The notes under the pieces were generated by a model. It worked only from the letters and a program-made list of their open reading frames with translations. It ran no database searches and was not told the DNA's origin. The position numbers and the translations under genes are program-made. Source: an uncultured Phycisphaeraceae bacterium (GTDB lineage: Bacteria > Planctomycetota > Phycisphaerae > UBA1845). From it: 60,014 bases of DNA. The stretch's first letter is position 1; each line of letters starts with the position of its first letter. The DNA lies in NCBI GenBank assembly GCA_964548955.1, contig CAZJTP010000001.1, positions 74,285 to 134,298 of the forward strand, written 5' to 3'. This document shows positions 58,086-60,014 of the stretch, piece after piece.

Positions 58086-58800
58086 TCAATCTGCGTAAGG
58101 CGGGCGGGTAGCACGGTGTGGGGCCGCAGGTGGCAGGCCGTGGTTGCTGGCGTGTGGCACGGCCTGGCGAAGCCAGACTGTAGCCACACGAACCTCACGC
58201 GATGACAGCCAGACTTCCCGCCAACGCGGCTGTCGGCTCCACATCTCCGATAGCAGATAGGCGTCGGTCCGGTTCGATTTGACGATCACGCCTTGGGCAA
58301 CCTCAGGGCTCCAACCATCCGATCGGGCAAGACCCTGGTGGTAGGATCCTGCGAAGACGTTTACGCCAGCAAGTTTGTCTCGTCGCGTCGGTGAATCCTG
58401 GCTACACACGTGCCACCATCGCGGTTTTTACTGGTGGTCGGGCGGTCTGGGGTATGCGGGCTGGAACGGCCAGAACGGGTTTCACGGCCAACCAGTGGCG
58501 GAAAGCCATCAGAATATGTTGAAGCCGGAACCGTTGGGGGGGGGGACGGTGAAGATGATACGTCGCTTGCCAACGGTTCGGCCTACAAACGTACTTCCGC
58601 TGCACTACTTGCGGCTGTCACGGTTGCTCTCCGGGTATTGACTCCGACAAGCCCGGGCTTCATGAAACGATTACGAGCGAGGAACTTTGTTGTACGGACG
58701 GCATGAGATCGCTGAATCTGGGGCGTGCCACGTGGATCAGGCGGGCTGCCAGGACCACCAAATCAACCGTTTCTCCGGACCGGATGACCCTAGTTCACCC
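58086..58800 (-). pseudogene. degenerate IS3-family-like transposase (rve integrase) remnant, multiple frameshifts
   Basis: Minus-strand pieces in different frames: LRTTKFLARNRFMKPGLVGVNTRR (compare the IS3 OrfB block LR..G..V...RV.RLM+..GL.G..RR), VCRPNRWQA (compare the PN..W..D block) and C-terminal REVRVATVWLRQAVPHASNHGLPPA (compare EV..A..EW+.W.N..R.HS.LGY.PP). A G10 homopolymer lies at ~58536-58545. Confidence 0.35.
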
Positions 58801-59033
58801 GCTGCCAGACCCGGCTTGGCGAGGCCGGAATTGGGGTTTACTTATGCAGAGTCCGGGGTATACTACCGGCGGTTGGTTCGTCGAACGAGGCACGTACGTG
58901 ACATTGGCTATCCAAGTCCGGATCGAATTGCTAAGATCGTCCTCCTACCTTCGAGGCTGGAATGTCAGCCACTTTCACTCACGACCCTGAAAGTAAAACC
59001 GTGGGTCGGGCAAGCCATCGACAGGAGATTGCG

Positions 59034-59360
59034 ATGGGCAAAAAGTTGTATGTTGGGAACCTCAGCTATGATGTCAGTAGTTCAGACTTGGAAACGCTAC
59101 TGTCGGCACACGGAACGGTCCTGAGCGCGGAAGTCATCACTGACCGGTCGACCGGCCAGAGCAAAGGGTTCGGATTCGTGGAGATGGACTCCGACGCGGA
59201 CGCCCAGGCGGCCATCGCGGCGTTGGACGGCCAGCCACACGGCAGTCGAACGCTGACGGTGAACGAAGCCAAGCCCCGCGCCCCGCGCACCGGCGGCGGT
59301 CGCGGTGGTTACGGCGGCGGACGCGGCGGAGGAGGAGGAGGTCGCCGAGACCGCTATTGA
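59034..59360 (+). CDS. RRM-type RNA-binding protein with Gly/Arg-rich tail
   Basis: RNP-2 LYVGNL and RNP-1 KGFGFVEM. Tail GGGRGGYGGGRGGGGGGRRDRY. AGGAG lies upstream of the ATG at 59034. Confidence 0.92.
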   Translation: MGKKLYVGNLSYDVSSSDLETLLSAHGTVLSAEVITDRSTGQSKGFGFVEMDSDADAQAAIAALDGQPHGSRTLTVNEAKPRAPRTGGGRGGYGGGRGGGGGGRRDRY

Positions 59361-59850
59361 ACCACGTGACAGCGTAGAGAATCATAAGGCCACCCATTGG
59401 TGGCACGTCTCGATGGGACACGACAAACCTTTGCGTCCTGCCCCGAAGGGTGTTTGTCTAGTCTCTCACGACGGCTGTGATCCCCGGCGCGCTGCGAGAG
59501 TTGGTGACGACTAGTTCTTCGGGCTCGTTCTGAAACTACAGCGGCGACACAACCGCATAGGCGGTGGAGACGGGCGGGGGCGCAGGCTGGTCGTACGAGA
59601 CCGACTGTCAAGAATGGGCCTGCCTGGCAAAAACCTCATGTGCCCCTGCGTCCGTCGAGACAGGGCAGCCAACGTGCGCGGGCCCACTCGACCCCAGGTG
59701 AGCACGAATGGGAGCTTGGACATCGTCCGTCTGAAACCCCGCCCTTGACACGGACACGCTCATGGGAGCCTGTGGCTCGCTACAGGGAAACCGGGGATGT
59801 TTTAGAGCGTGTTTGAGAAGCCGGAGCAATCCTACCAACGGATTCCAAAG

Positions 59851-59940
59851 GGTGCCACGGGCGGCTTGCCCACCCGTGTTTTCCTCGCCTCAAGCAAGCG
59901 CACTGGCAGCAAGCTGCCAGTGGCAAGCTGCCAGTGGCAC
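59851..59940. repeat. REP-like hairpins related to the 24970 family
   Basis: GGTGCCACGGGCGGCTTGCCCACCCGTG, then CACTGGCAGC-aa-GCTGCCAGTG, with a tandem GCAAGCTGCCAGTG x2 (59909-59936). Confidence 0.6.
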
Positions 59941-60014
59941 CCAACTTCTCAAACAGCCTCTTAGCTCGACTTTTGCCCTTTTGAGGGTCATTCGTGAGCG
60001 ATTTCATTAAACAA

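Overview
This is a 60-kb high-GC bacterial chromosomal segment. Its gene content reads like a Planctomycetota (Phycisphaerae-like) genome: a DUF1559-type pseudopilin, IPTL-CTERM-like tails, dockerin-like Asp repeats and dense GC-rich REP hairpins. This taxonomic call is inference. About 45 genes are supportable. Housekeeping genes: purF, lpxD-lpxI, ribBA, trxA, a PSP1/RicT-like gene, mutS, an Nramp transporter (mntH), a long-type hisS, rpsI-rplM, tRNA-Ser(GGA) and an RRM RNA-binding protein. Envelope and accessory genes: an OFA-type MFS transporter and an OprB-like porin; a SWIM-finger + SNF2 helicase pair; and a translationally coupled 5-gene operon (pseudopilin, dockerin-like secreted protein, lipoprotein, ECF S-component-like protein, membrane CXXCH protein). 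Also present are a separated ECF A-A/T module, a GT39-like glycosyltransferase, a 1655-aa S8 subtilase with duplicated MAM-like domains and Cys-rich repeats, and an FGE-domain protein. Signs of decay: an IS630 transposase fragment abutting a pgsA pseudogene with three lesions, an IS3-like remnant, an orphan dockerin-like gene tail and several REP families. The most interesting locus is a tightly packed 7-gene operon at 49.67-57.94 kb. It encodes four multihaem c-type cytochromes (4+4+5+12 = 25 haem motifs counted by eye), two NHL beta-propeller lipoproteins and a ~690-aa putative outer-membrane beta-barrel. I read it as a candidate, uncharacterised porin-cytochrome-like trans-envelope electron conduit. 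All assignments come from reading motifs in the supplied translations and DNA; no database search or computation was possible.
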